Source of the DNA: Octopus vulgaris
Taxonomy: Eukaryota
Length of the DNA stretch: 64,000 bases
NCBI GenBank assembly: GCA_951406725.2
Contig: OX597830.1
Location: forward strand, 78,616,001-78,680,000
Direction of reading: 5' to 3'
This document shows, in pieces, positions 14,285 through 28,332 of this stretch. The notes beneath the pieces are model-generated. The model made no database searches and was not told the DNA's origin. It worked only from the letters and a program-made list of their open reading frames with translations. The translations under genes were made by a program, and so were the position numbers. The stretch's first letter is position 1; each line of letters begins with the position of its first letter.

Positions 14285-14348
14285 TATTTGCTGCTGAAGA
14301 GGGGAAAATTTCTTATGAATTAACCCCGAAATTGGATCAATACGGTAA
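14285..14348 (+). ncRNA. Type I minimal hammerhead ribozyme, copy 1
   Basis: ttgctg CTGAAGA gggg...cccc GAAA ttg-gat-caa TA cggtaa. Stems I, II and III can all be paired. Confidence 0.8.
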
Positions 14349-14749
14349 TAACGAATTTTTTAGAGATTTCTATCGGTTTGTTTCGAGACGCATAAATTAT
14401 AATGGTTATCAACAATTTTTTGTTTCGGCATATTTGGCATTAGAATTTTTCTTCTGCCCTTATCTTGTAAATTATGTATAAATTTTACCTTTAAAGGCAT
14501 TTTTTGATATGCTGGCCATTGACAAAATTTTTTTCCCGAAAAATTTTTTATCCTATATTAATTATAAATAGATTAGTGTTCACTTCCGGAATCTATCACT
14601 CTGTGAAAGTTTCTAGTTCGAATCACACGAGTCTCGAGGTGCGCCGAAGATTTTTCTATTTTGGATATATTTGGGGTACTTAAGTCAGCTCGGGACTTGG
14701 TGCTTGCTTTTTCCGTGGGTATGAGTAAGTATTTCATTTATATCTCGCG

Positions 14750-14815
14750 TATTTGCCGCTGAAGAGGGGAAAATTTCTTATGAATTAACCCCGAAATTGG
14801 GCCAATACGGTAATA
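14750..14815 (+). ncRNA. Type I minimal hammerhead ribozyme, copy 2
   Basis: ttgccg CTGAAGA gggg...cccc GAAA ttgg-g-ccaa TA cggtaa. Predicted cleavage after AUA at 14807. Confidence 0.85.
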
Positions 14816-14982
14816 ACGAATTTTTAGAGATTTCTATCGGTTTGTTTCGAGACGCATAAATTATAATGGTTGTCAACAATTTTTTGTTTCGGCGTATCTG
14901 GCATTAGAATTTTTCTTCTGCCCTTATCTTGTATATACGGTTGTCAAGCAGTAGTAGGAACAAACACGTACACAAAAATACG

Positions 14983-15021
<39 letters not shown>

Positions 15022-15048
15022 TTATATATATATATCCACACACATCAT

Positions 15049-15414
15049 AATTAATCAAAGGACATACTAAGTATATCTACCTGCTGGAAATAACAGTCAA
15101 AACTCTGACTTAAATCGCCAAAATACACTGATAATAAGTACAGAAATCTACCGTCCGAAAGCAGACGGGTTGAGACAATCTCCCAACGTACATTCAAGTA
15201 TTTGAACTCACGTGGTAAAATAGCCTCAGCTCGCCAGTGCAGAAACTGGCCCACGCGAGCCCAAATACTAGAATGTACGTCGGGAAATTGCCTCAGCCCG
15301 TTTGCCTTCGGACGGTTGATTTCTGAAGTTATTATCAGTGTATAGTGGCGATTTAGATAAGAGTTTTGACTATTTGCAGCAGGTAGACATATGTAGTATT
15401 TCCTTTGATTAATT
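15049..15414. repeat. Long imperfect inverted repeat (~165-bp arms) with a small hairpin in the loop
   Basis: Arms 15049-15215 and 15251-15414 are complementary throughout, with scattered mismatches. The loop contains gccagt-gcagaa-actggc. Confidence 0.9.
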
Positions 15415-15589
15415 TTAATCCTTCAGCCATTTAATGCTTTTTGGATGGCCTGCAATCGCCTATATTATTGATTCTGTTAGTATCATTTTTAAATTGTTGC
15501 TCTAGAGTCAACGATATCTTTGCAAATTATTTTTTCGGGAAATATTTGCTCCATATTGAAATTATATGTGTGCGTGTGTGCGTGTGTGT

Positions 15590-15630
<41 letters not shown>

Positions 15631-15733
15631 TGTGTGTGTACGTGTATGTGTGTGTGTGTGTATACAAGAGTTGTGCTTCAATAAACCACTATTGTTCCTG
15701 AAACTTATTTTTATATTCACTGCGGAATCTAAT

Positions 15734-15777
<44 letters not shown>

Positions 15778-15827
15778 GATGGATGGATAGATGGATGAAT
15801 GTATGTATATATATATATATATATATG

Positions 15828-15897
<70 letters not shown>

Positions 15898-15914
15898 GTA
15901 TGTATATATATATA

Positions 15915-16146
15915 TCCCCTTTTACCTAGCTCTCCTGTGTGACCCTTCTGTCCGGCATTCGCCGTGATAGATCGCTAGCCACTACACATTCTTTATTTTC
16001 TTTCATTGTTTCTTTCTGTGTTCCTTTTTGTGGAAGAGCGTAGGCTCGAAACGTAAAAGACTTTTTCACTTCCCGAGAGTTATACTAATACATCTGTTTG
16101 TTGTCTACACCACCAGTCTTCGTCTTTTGTTTGTTTGTGAATTCTG

Positions 16147-16150
<4 letters not shown>
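15915..16150 (+). mobile_element. Short (TA)n-flanked element with a degenerate minimal hammerhead-like motif (16024-16059)
   Basis: cttt TTGTGGAA gagc-gtag-gctc GAAA cg TA aaag. The stems pair but the 5' core is not CUGANGA. Confidence 0.5.
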
Positions 16151-16242
<92 letters not shown>

Positions 16243-18017
16243 GGTGCAATGGGTCACCATTTTCTAATTCAACTAGAACCTAACATCGAGTGTTATACCT
16301 AGTACCCGAACTGAACGCCATTATATTGATCCACAAATGTTTTTTTGTCTATGTCTCTGTAGTGTAGCGGTTCGACAAAACAGTCCCATAGATTAAGTAC
16401 CAAGCTTTAAAAAATACTTCGATTGACAAAAATTCATCAAACTGTGCCCCAGGGTGGCCGCAATCTGAATGACTGAAATAAGTAAAAGATAATAGCTATA
16501 CGTACATACATGCATATACATCTGCGTGTAGATAAGTGTGTATTCACACACACACACATACACATATAGTGCATATATACAGATACATATATGCGTATAT
16601 ACATACAGACATATATGCATTTGTGTGTATATGCATGTATATAGAGATATTGCACATTAATGTGCGTACATATATATTTTTCATATATATATATATATAT
16701 ATATGCATACACATGGAGTGTATTATGTATACATTCATACACACACACACACACATACAAACACACAAACACACATACACACACAAACACACACGTCTAT
16801 ATCTCGTGACACGTAATATAGTGCAGACGTGTTCATTCAGTGAACCGTGTCTCTCGTGGCTCCGGAATCAGTTCGCAGCTGAGTTTTTTCACTCCGTTCC
16901 ACTCCACTGCACTTATATCTCATTTCTTACGTTGCACGTGTTCTTAGGGAAATGCCATCAGCGTCACAGCATCCTATTATTTTTTCCTTCCTCAAAATGA
17001 AAAAAAAATATTTAGAAATATAAGTCTAAAATTATGAACTCTATCTAACCAATCCATATTCAAAAGAATGTACATATTGATTTTAAATGTTGGCACAAAG
17101 CCAGCATTTTCAGAGGAGGTGTAAGTCGATCACATCGACCCCAGTGTTCAACTGGTACTTACTTTATTGACCCCACTAAAAGGATCAAAGGGAAGTCGAC
17201 CCTGACGTCATTAAAACCCAGAACATAAAGACGGACGAAATACCGCTTAGCCTTTCGTCCGTGCTTTTTTTTCTGTATATCCGTGTTTTATGACCCGTCG
17301 TAACGTTTCTATTTAGACTAAAATTTATATTTTCCTTGAAACTGGAACATCATTAATCAGAGTTCGATTTCTCCTGGTGGAGCTCAACAACTACAATAAC
17401 AACAAGAGCAGCTGCAGCAACAAAGATCGCATTCCTCTCGCCACAGCGAGAAGTTGCCTCTATAGTCGCGTGATCTGCTATAAATAGCTGTTAAATAGCC
17501 TTCGGATCAAACCTCACCGTTTTTACAGCATAGATAATGTATCCCTCGCACGAAATTTCTTTTAGATATGAAATCTATAAGGTAACTGACGTGTTAGAAA
17601 ATACACATTGTCTCTGATGGTTAGTCACGGTTGGATTATATTTGATCAAAACTAGGAGCTTCACAATAACAACTAAACGATTTTTTTTTATTAATCAAGC
17701 CAAGTAACTAAAGACAGGAAATTCATGAGATACGAGTTACGTTTTAGGTAAAAACAACGATAAGCATCAGAAATGTGTTACTTTATATGAGAGATGGCCA
17801 TGGTTGGAAGAAGTTTGACCATTGTTTCAGTTAGAATAGGACAAACATTGAGGATTATACAACAACAAACAGCAACAAAGGCCTATCTCACATTCCAGGA
17901 TCATTACTTCTATGCTTCAGATAAAAAACTCATTTTTGAACATGCTCTCATATAACGCTTTTCATTGAGCATTTTGCCATAATGTATGTAGATCGATAGA
18001 TAGATAGATAGACAGAC

Positions 18018-18090
<73 letters not shown>

Positions 18091-18119
18091 TAGTATGTGT
18101 GTATATACATGCATATTTA

Positions 18120-18169
<50 letters not shown>

Positions 18170-18363
18170 GCACAGCAATGTAACTACATAGCTGCTGTTG
18201 GTAAATTTGTTCCGTCTTTCGACTTTTCGTTTTTTCTTTTCGACGAAGAACTATGCTTAAAACAACCAAAAATTTTCTTTTTTTACAGAGCGCCATACTA
18301 ATACATTCCTCGTGCGCGTCGTCTTGTTGTTTGGTATTGTAAATTTCATTTTTCGCTTATTTG

Positions 18364-18401
<38 letters not shown>

Positions 18402-18973
18402 TCCGTTCTTGTTACCACTTTCCCCCTCCTCAAAAAATCCCAAATTTTCTTTAATTTGCTTTGTGGGAAGGACTGTTTCAACGAAGTCGCATATTGTCCT
18501 TGCCTTCATAAAGCGGAGTAAATAAAACAGGGACAACTGAAGAAGGGGGATATTCTTTATGTTGTATGTCTCGTTTCTCCGTTTTTTTTTTTCGTTGTTC
18601 GAAAAAAGTTCGTTTTTTATGTTTTCGTTTCTCGATGTGTTCAACGATTTTTTTTATGTCCTGTACCCATATATGCATGTATATATACATATATGTAGGC
18701 ATGTACATATATGTATATAACAAAATGTCTAATGAATGAAACAAGTAAAAGATAAACTATATATATATGTACACACACACACACACAAACACACGTGCTT
18801 GCATACACACACAAATATACGCATAACTATTATATCTATTAACATTTCTGACATATTTATATCATCTCTAGTCTTGCTCTTTAAACTTGTTTTTTTTTCC
18901 TTTGCTTATTTTTTGTCTTTTTACATTCTTTCAAATTGCATTCCTCCGTTTTTTATTTATATATATGTATACA

Positions 18974-19044
<71 letters not shown>

Positions 19045-19054
19045 TATGTATAGT

Positions 19055-19451
19055 AGTGGCAGTGTGGTAAGTAGCTTGCTTACCAACCACATGGTTCCGG
19101 GTTCAGTCCCACAGCGTGGCACCTTGGGCAAGTGTCTTCTAGTATAGCCCCGGGCCGACCAAAGCCTTGTGGGTGGATTTGATGGACGGAAACTGAAAAG
19201 AACCCCGTCGTATATATTTATATGTATATGTATGTGTGTGTGTTTGTGTGCCTGTGTTTGTCCCCCCAACATCGCTTGTCAACCGATGCTGGTGTGTTTA
19301 CGTACCCGTAACTTAGCGGTTCGGCAAAAGAGACCGATAGAATAAGTACTAAGCTTGCAAAGAATAAGTCCTGGGGTCGATTTGCTCGACTAAAGGTGGT
19401 GCTGCAGCATGGCCACAGTAAAATGACTGAAATAAGTAAAAGAGTAAAAGA

Positions 19452-19453
<2 letters not shown>
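19055..19453 (+). mobile_element. tRNA-derived SINE family B, near full length, with internal TA/TG tract
   Basis: Head gtggcagtgtggtaag...gggttcagtccc, ttgggcaagtgtcttct body, 3' tail gtaaaagagtaaaagag. Confidence 0.9.
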
Positions 19454-19502
<49 letters not shown>

Positions 19503-19805
19503 AATATACATATATGTATATGTATATATTTATGCACAGAATGTATATAGCAATAAGTAGATTCTTTTATTCTTTTATCCCTTTCTTTCTTTCAGTCAGA
19601 TGACTGTGGGTATGCTGGAGCAAAACCTTTTAGTAACATTAGTCACTTCTAGAAATCGACCCCAGGACTTATTCTTTGTAAGCCTGGTACTTATTCTATC
19701 GGTATCTTCTGACGAACCGCTGCTTTACTTGGGACATTAAACTCACCAAGATCGGTTGTCAAGCCATGAGGGAGGGTACAAACAGACACAAAGGCATACA
19801 TATAA

Positions 19806-19841
<36 letters not shown>

Positions 19842-20003
19842 CAGGCATTTTTCGTCTCACAAGGCTTTAATCAGCCCGAGGCCTATAGAAGACACTTGCC
19901 CAAGTTGCTACTATAAATATATACATATATATATATATACATAAATGTGTGTGTGTGTGTGTGTGTGTGTCTGTGTATTTATATATATATATAATCAGCA
20001 CAG

Positions 20004-20055
<52 letters not shown>

Positions 20056-21022
20056 GAGTGTTTATATAAATATATATAAATGTTTATGCTTGTATGTACG
20101 TATATGTATGTATATGTGCGCATGCGTGCGCGTGTGCCTGCTTCTGTATCTCTGCGTGTGTGTATGTCACTATGTGTGTGTTTGTGTGTGTATGTATGTG
20201 TGTGTGTGTATGCGCGCGTGTGTGTGAGTATATCTGTGCGTGCGATTGTGCGGTTACGTACTTATATCACGCCAATAACCATCAGACGACGGACTGACAG
20301 AAACACTCGGACACATAGAAAACATCTTCATCAACGCCAGAAGTTACAAGTTGATGGCTTCAAATATTCCTTCGTGGAATGTTACGGTATAATGTGTAAG
20401 AGATATTTATACATATAACATATACAACTAGCGCCTGCAGGTGTTGCTGGTCTCGTTTTCATCACGGGAATGCAGGCGGGATGATATCTTCTTCAGGGAT
20501 TTTTTTGTTTCCCTTTTCCCCCTTTTTTTTCTCTGGTTCTGATTTCTCTCATATTTGAATTTGACTTACGCGTGATGTATGTATACACATACATAATCTC
20601 TTGTATAAGTGAATACACACATATACATATACATACATGCATGCATACATACATACATATATGTATACATGATCGTATATTTATATTTATAAATGCATAT
20701 ATATATGTATTGCATTGTGTATATTCATAGGGCGGGGTGCTTGAAAAAATTTCACAATAATGCGAACATATGTCTGTTACAGATACACAGGCACAACTTT
20801 CGGTTGAATGTGGGTGAAACTGAATATAGGTGGGTTTATGTTTGTGTTTATCTATCCATCCATCCATCCATCCGTCTATCTTTCTATTTATGTACCCATC
20901 TGCATACACTCTTATATACGTATACATAGAAATATGCACACATGCACATATATATATATATATATACGAGGTTTTTCACGCTGACTACTGATAATTTCTT
21001 TTAAAGATTTTATCCTCAATTG

Positions 21023-21164
<142 letters not shown>

Positions 21165-21177
21165 ATTGTATATATAT

Positions 21178-21305
21178 AAAATACAAAATGGGACAATAAC
21201 GCAAAACATCCAGAAGACGATACAAAAAACACGGACGGGTCATTCGAAGTTTTAATCTTCGGTCAAGAACCGGATCATCCTCGCAATTCCGGCTGATGAA
21301 TCTTG
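21178..21305 (-). repeat. (TA)n-anchored interspersed repeat, homologous to 35145-35320
   Basis: Shared blocks gcgaggat.atc.ggttcttg and ctggatgttttgcgtt.ttgtcccattttg. Both copies end at (TA)n. Confidence 0.7.
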
Positions 21306-21328
21306 TAATTATATATATATATATATAG

Positions 21329-21428
<100 letters not shown>

Positions 21429-21465
21429 AATAAATATATATATATATAGAGATTATATATATAGA

Positions 21466-22979
21466 TTCCCCGCTAGTCTCCTGAAGGAATGTAGACACCA
21501 ACTTGCTGTCCCTCTGACCAACCTCTGGAGAAATTTGTTAGACGCAGGTTATATACCGAAACAGTTTCTATCCCAGTTAGTCATCCCGGTTTTCAAACAG
21601 GGAAACAGATCCCTCGCAGTCAACTATCGCCCAATCTCACTCACCTCCCTCATCATTAAAGTGTTTGAAAGAGTGTTAAGATCAAAGATAGCTGACTTCC
21701 TGGAGACCCACAAACTCCTAAATGCAAATCAGCATGGCTTTCGCTGCGGCAGGGACTGTCTAACACAGCTCTTACACCACATTGAAGATATACTCAAAGC
21801 CTTGGGAACAGGTTGGAACTCTGATGTCATATATCTTGACTTCAGTAAAGCGTTCGACAGGACAGACCATAATATCCTACTCTCAAAATTGGCAAATGTT
21901 GGAATCCGTGGAAAAGTTCTACACTGGATTAAGTATTTCCTGGCGAATAGAACACATGTTGTAGTTGATGGAGTCCACTCAAGCCCAGCAAAAGTCACCA
22001 GCGGTGTCCCCCAGGGGACTGTCTTGGGCCCGCTACTCTTCATAATTTACATAAACGACCTTTCCAGTGTCGTACATTACTGCAAAGTGAAAGTATTTGC
22101 TGATGACACTAAGCTCCAGCAAATCGTCAATGAAGAAGCAGACCGAACTCAACTCCAGTCTGTTCTATATGCTGTGAGTCAATGGGCAGACAGAAACAAA
22201 ATGCAATTGAACGAGGGAAAATTTGAGCTGATGCATTTTGGAAGAAATTCCTCACTAAAACAGCCATACTCTCTTCCTTCAGGGGAACCGCTCACAGCCT
22301 CTAACAATATCAGAGACCTGGGTGTAATTGTTGATGACGATCTCAGTTGGAGTGCACACATCAACAATAAGGTCGATATAGCTCATAGGATGAGTTCCTG
22401 GATCTTAAGAATTTTCCGGTCCAGAGAACAAGGTATCATCATATCACTTTTCTCCTCCTTTGTACGGCCACACCTCGAATACTGCTGCCCACTGTGGTCT
22501 CCCTATACAAGACAAAACATCTCGAGGATTGAATCACCCCAGAGGGCACTCACTAAGCGAATTGAAGGCATGGCTGCTCTCGATTATTGGAATCGCCTTA
22601 AAGCCTTGAAACTCTACTCTCTCCAGCATCGCCTGAGCGGTACGTCATTTGTACGATGTGGAGAATATACCGCCAACTTTGCCCAAACGACCTGAACATT
22701 AGCTTCAAGGTCCATCCAAGACTGGGACCACGGGCCATACGTCCCCTGCCCAATTCAAGATCACAGCATACATGTACACTGCAACATAATTTCTTTTCCT
22801 CAACAGGCCCCGCCTTATTTAACATTGTCCCGAAAGAGATCAAAGAGGAAAAGGATCCCATCAACTTTAAACGGAGTCTGGATAGATTCCTTCAAGGAAT
22901 ACCAGATAAGCCACCTATAATTGGATACAACTCACCCAACAAAAACTCACTACTTGAATGGACCATAAACAAATCTTGA
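21466..22979 (+). pseudogene. LINE reverse transcriptase, N-terminally truncated, one frameshift near 22633
   Basis: The frame is open from 21466 (FPASLLKEC...). Track ORFs 21535..22695 and 22656..22979 join as ...YSLQHR[R]ERYVICTMWRI if one base is restored. Confidence 0.88.
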
Positions 22980-23053
22980 CTTAAACAGGATTCAAATAAT
23001 CCTATCAGGTGGTGCTATTAAGTTAGACATGGCCTTGACCAATCTTTGGTCGA

Positions 23054-23056
<3 letters not shown>
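21466..23056 (+). mobile_element. 5'-truncated CR1/L2-group LINE inserted in (TA)n
   Basis: RT motifs YRPISLTS, QHGFR, YLDFSKAFD, SGVPQGTVLGPLLF and FADD. Short 3' UTR ends in the hairpin gaccaa-tct-ttggtc followed by gaaac(at)n. Confidence 0.92.
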
Positions 23057-23115
<59 letters not shown>

Positions 23116-23274
23116 AAGACATTATAATAATATAACAATATATTGAGATATATTACATACATTATAATATAATTAGCAAATAAAACCAAAGAGGTGAAAT
23201 TAATAAATGAGGGTCAAAATAGCACGGGCAATTGCTAGAAATGAGAGTCAAATTTTACTCGAATAGCCACATAA

Positions 23275-23515
23275 AACCCTGCTGTGCTTTTTCACCACAA
23301 CTTTCTCTCACTCTTTCTTCCTGTTTCTGTTTTACCTGTATTTCTAAGGGCCAGCCTTGTCACATTCTGTATTACGCTGAATCTACCCCCGAAAACTACG
23401 TTAAGGGTACACATGTCTGTGGATGCTCAGCCATTTGCACGTTAATTTTACGAGCAGGCTGTTCCGTTCATCGGATCAACTGGAACCCTCGTCGTTGTGA
23501 CCTACGGAGTGCCAC
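23275..23515 (+). mobile_element. SINE family C 3' portion
   Basis: gggccagccttgtcaca...gctgttccgtt.atcggatcaactggaaccctcgtcg...cggagtgcca, shared with 30610-30920 and 32478-32660. Confidence 0.7.
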
Positions 23516-23516
23516 G

Positions 23517-23560
<44 letters not shown>

Positions 23561-23592
23561 AAATGTAGATATATACATACATATATATGTAT

Positions 23593-23822
23593 CCCAGTAG
23601 TTATAGGTGCATTAGGAACTATTCCTAAAGATTTGAACAGTTGGATAGAGGATATTAATTATAAAACCCAATTTAGTACAACTCCAGACAAGAGTCCTAT
23701 GAAGGACAACTAAGATCCTTAGGAGGGTTCTTGGCATCCAAGTTTACGAGTAGCCCGATGTTAGGAATTTTTTCTTTTCCAAAAGTCTAATCTGTTGTGT
23801 ATATATGAAAAAAAAAAAAAAA
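23593..23822 (+). mobile_element. Degraded 3' end of an R4/Dong-like RLE LINE, followed by (TAA)n
   Basis: Translates PVVIGALGTIPKDL...KILRRVLG, the same C-terminal motif as 43339-43805. Confidence 0.65.
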
Positions 23823-23881
23823 AAATAATAATAATAATAATAATAATGATAATAATAATGATAATAATAATGATGATGATA

Positions 23882-23926
<45 letters not shown>

Positions 23927-23969
23927 GTGATGCTGATGGTGGTGGTGATGGTGATGGTGATGCTGATGG

Positions 23970-24030
<61 letters not shown>

Positions 24031-24046
24031 AATAATAATAATAATG

Positions 24047-24084
<38 letters not shown>

Positions 24085-24600
24085 TGCTCTGATGCAGTCC
24101 AGGCAGCGGCTCTCATGGCTTCACATCTTAATTGATTGGAAGTGTTATCATGTAACTTGTTTTGTCTTGGTATAAAAGATGGGCTACTGCAAATATTCTG
24201 CTCAATACCACAGATTTGCTTGTCAGTTGTTTGACATTAACCAGTTGAGCATGTACCTTAGTGGCTGACGATATGTGCATCTCTCATCTCGAGCAGAAGT
24301 AGTGGGGGAGCATCATAGCCATGTGTTGAGAGGGATTCTTTGGGGTTTGGATAATTCACCTTTGGAAATATAGATGTTTCGTTCAACATCCTTAAACAAC
24401 CCTTATTCAGCGACTTTTTGAACAGGATGGACTACTCGATATGAAGAAAATTCTAACTGGTCCCCAATTGCAAGGCCATGCACTGTTTATCTTGATATAA
24501 GATCGCCATGTCCTGCACATATGGTTGTGATGCACGTGCCTTATGTACCCTTATCAGACCGATAATCCTGATGGTTATGCTGGGCTTCGTGTATTTTACC
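24085..24600. repeat. Unclassified interspersed repeat, second fragment at 39743-39906
   Basis: Shared aaatattctgctc.ataccacagatt...tagtggctgac...atgtgttgagagggattctttggggtttg. Confidence 0.7.
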
Positions 24601-24741
24601 TCTGGTATGATGGACCAGAGTTTAATTCTTCGTTTTTTATGTAAGATTGCCAGAAGAGATGGACATTATATTTCGTCGAGGCGATGAATATTCTTCAATA
24701 TTGCTTCGTGAATTGCAGGTGTTGTGAACATCGTTACGGCG

Positions 24742-24808
<67 letters not shown>

Positions 24809-24844
24809 CGAGCCTCAGCGACAAAGCCTCGTAGTCGTCGTCGT

Positions 24845-25550
24845 CATTATGATCATCATGATCACGATCATCTTCATCATCATTCTCGTCATCATCATCA
24901 TCCTCATCATCGTTATCACTTTCATCATTACCATCATTATCATCATCGTCGGCACCAACGTTATCATGATCATCTTCATCATCATCCTCATCATCGTTAT
25001 CACTTTTATCATTACCATCATTAACATCATCGTCGTCACCAACGTTATCATAATCATCTTCATCATCATTCTCGTCATCTTCATCATCCTCATCATCGTT
25101 ATCACTTTCATCATTACCATCATTATCATCATCGTCGTCACCAACGTTATCATGATCATCTTCATCATCATTCTCGTCATCATCATCACCATCCTCATCA
25201 TCGTTATCACTTTCATCATTATCATCATTATCATCATCGTCGGCACCAACGTTATCATGATCATCTTCATCATCATCCTCATCATCATTATCATCATCAT
25301 CATCATCATCATCATTATCATCATCGTCGTCACCAACGTTATCATAATCATCTTCATCATCATTCTCGTCATCCTCATCATCCTCATCATCGTTATCACT
25401 TTCATCATTACCATCATTATCATCATCGTCGTCACCAACGTTATCATGATCATCTTCATCATCATTCTCGTCATAATCATCATCCTCATCATCGTTATCA
25501 CTTTCATCATTATCATCATCGTTGTCACCAACGTTATCATTATCATCACC
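24845..25550. repeat. Composite (CAT)n-derived minisatellite, ~84-105-nt higher-order unit
   Basis: The landmark accaacgttatc recurs seven times between ~24954 and ~25527. Confidence 0.9.
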
Positions 25551-25641
25551 ATCATCGTCACGGTCATGGACATCGTCGATTTTGTCATCAATGTGATTGG
25601 CGTTGCTTTCTTCACTTTATTACTCCGGACATAATCGCAGC

Positions 25642-26160
<519 letters not shown>

Positions 26161-26194
26161 ACCATTGCTCATCATTGCTTTAATTATTTTTATT

Positions 26195-26225
<31 letters not shown>

Positions 26226-26465
26226 ACATCGTTACTCTATTGGTCGATGTTGTTGCTGTTGTTGCTGTTGTTGTTGCTGTTGTTGCTAATCCTATGCTAA
26301 CACGATATTATTTATCCGTTTGGCCTTTTTACACCTGTCCAGTGTCATCAGCATATCGGCTGGGCTGACGATGGCAACAATAACGACAGAGCAACAACAA
26401 CAGCAGCAGCAGCCACAAAAACAACAACAATAACAACAACAACAACAACAATAATAATAATGATG

Positions 26466-26555
<90 letters not shown>

Positions 26556-27165
26556 GAAAGAGAGGAGAAAGGATATGAGGAAGTGGCGAACCATGATAAT
26601 GATGATGACGGTGGTGGTGGTGGTGGTGGTGGTGGTGGTCGTCGTCGTCGTCATCGTCGCTGTCGTCTTGGTCGTTGTGGTGGTGATGATCATGACAATG
26701 ATCCTGGCGATGATGATGATGATGATGTCCGTGATATGACGATGACGATGATAAAGATGATGATGATGACGATGAGGATGAGGATTGTCAATATCATCAT
26801 CTTGATGGTGATGAGGATACTTCCAAAGAACAACAAATAAGGCGCTAGCAATAATTGATAACGATACTGATAATGCGTTAAGAGTGAACCTGATGACTAT
26901 GATGATGATGATGATAATAATGATGATGATGAGGGGAGGAGGAGGGGAGAAGAAGAAGAAGAAGAAGAAGAAAAGTGTTATTCTCAAAGGATGGTGAGTG
27001 TTGTTTTCTTTCCTTTCTTTCTAAACAACGAAACAACAGTCACAAACACAAACAACAACAACAATAACAATAACAACATCATAACTACATATATATATAT
27101 AAAAAAAAATAATTACATACATTACAAAAATATTTCCAAATAAAAAAAAAAGTAGTAGTAGCAGC

Positions 27166-27209
<44 letters not shown>

Positions 27210-27361
27210 CAGCAGCAGCTAGAAGCTGTCATTTGATGGGCATGAAACAAAATGTGACAAGCGTATGTAGGGGACAACGACTCGCACAAACCCTTTCCAA
27301 ACCAGCCCAGAACACGGCGAATCTAAGCGACAAATACGCATGCACGAACGCGTACTCATGT

Positions 27362-27441
<80 letters not shown>

Positions 27442-27543
27442 GGTGTGTATATGTATATATGTGTATCTAATACATACATTGTATATAGTATGCGCGCACT
27501 TACACAAACATACACATCCACAATAATATACACACACGCACAA

Positions 27544-27577
<34 letters not shown>

Positions 27578-28018
27578 ATTTATATACATATATATACACA
27601 CGCTCAAAATGTTTAAAGAAATTATTTACACAAAATTACATTGTCATTCGTAAAAAAACACGCACACTCACATACATACATACATACATACATACATACA
27701 TACATGCATGCATATATGCGTACATACATACATACATACATACATACATACATACATACATACATAAAGATGGATGGATGAATGAAGGGAGGGAGATAGA
27801 GAGGGAGAGTTAGATGTAGATAGAATGTCTGCATGTAGTAGTAATGGTACTAGTAGTTGTTGTTGTTGTGGTAGTAGTAATAGGAGCAGCAGCAGCAGCA
27901 ACAGTGGTAAAGAATGAATAGGAATACGTTATAGATATACTATATACGTAAACTTATAATCACAACGTATGCACACACAGACACTCACACAAGCGTGTGC
28001 GCGTGTGCATATATATAC

Positions 28019-28077
<59 letters not shown>

Positions 28078-28079
28078 GA

Positions 28080-28150
<71 letters not shown>

Positions 28151-28273
28151 ATATAAATATGGACAGAAATAGAAAAATAATGACGCATTTAAAGAAAAAT
28201 CATACACACCAGCAGTACCACCACCGCCGCCACCACCACTAACAACAACAACAACAACAACCACAACAACCAC

Positions 28274-28332
<59 letters not shown>

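Larger units (their letters stand above)
14079..14933 (+). mobile_element. Non-coding hammerhead-containing tandem/inverted element (retrozyme-like or PLE pLTR-like), 465-nt unit
   Basis: Unit starts at 14232 and 14697. 14079-14234 is the reverse complement of 14413-14567. The left end is fused to (TA)n. No meaningful ORF. Confidence 0.85.

Noticed and set aside
20450-20500. Minus-strand CTGAAGAA...GAAA
   Set aside because: Spacing and stems do not fit a hammerhead.
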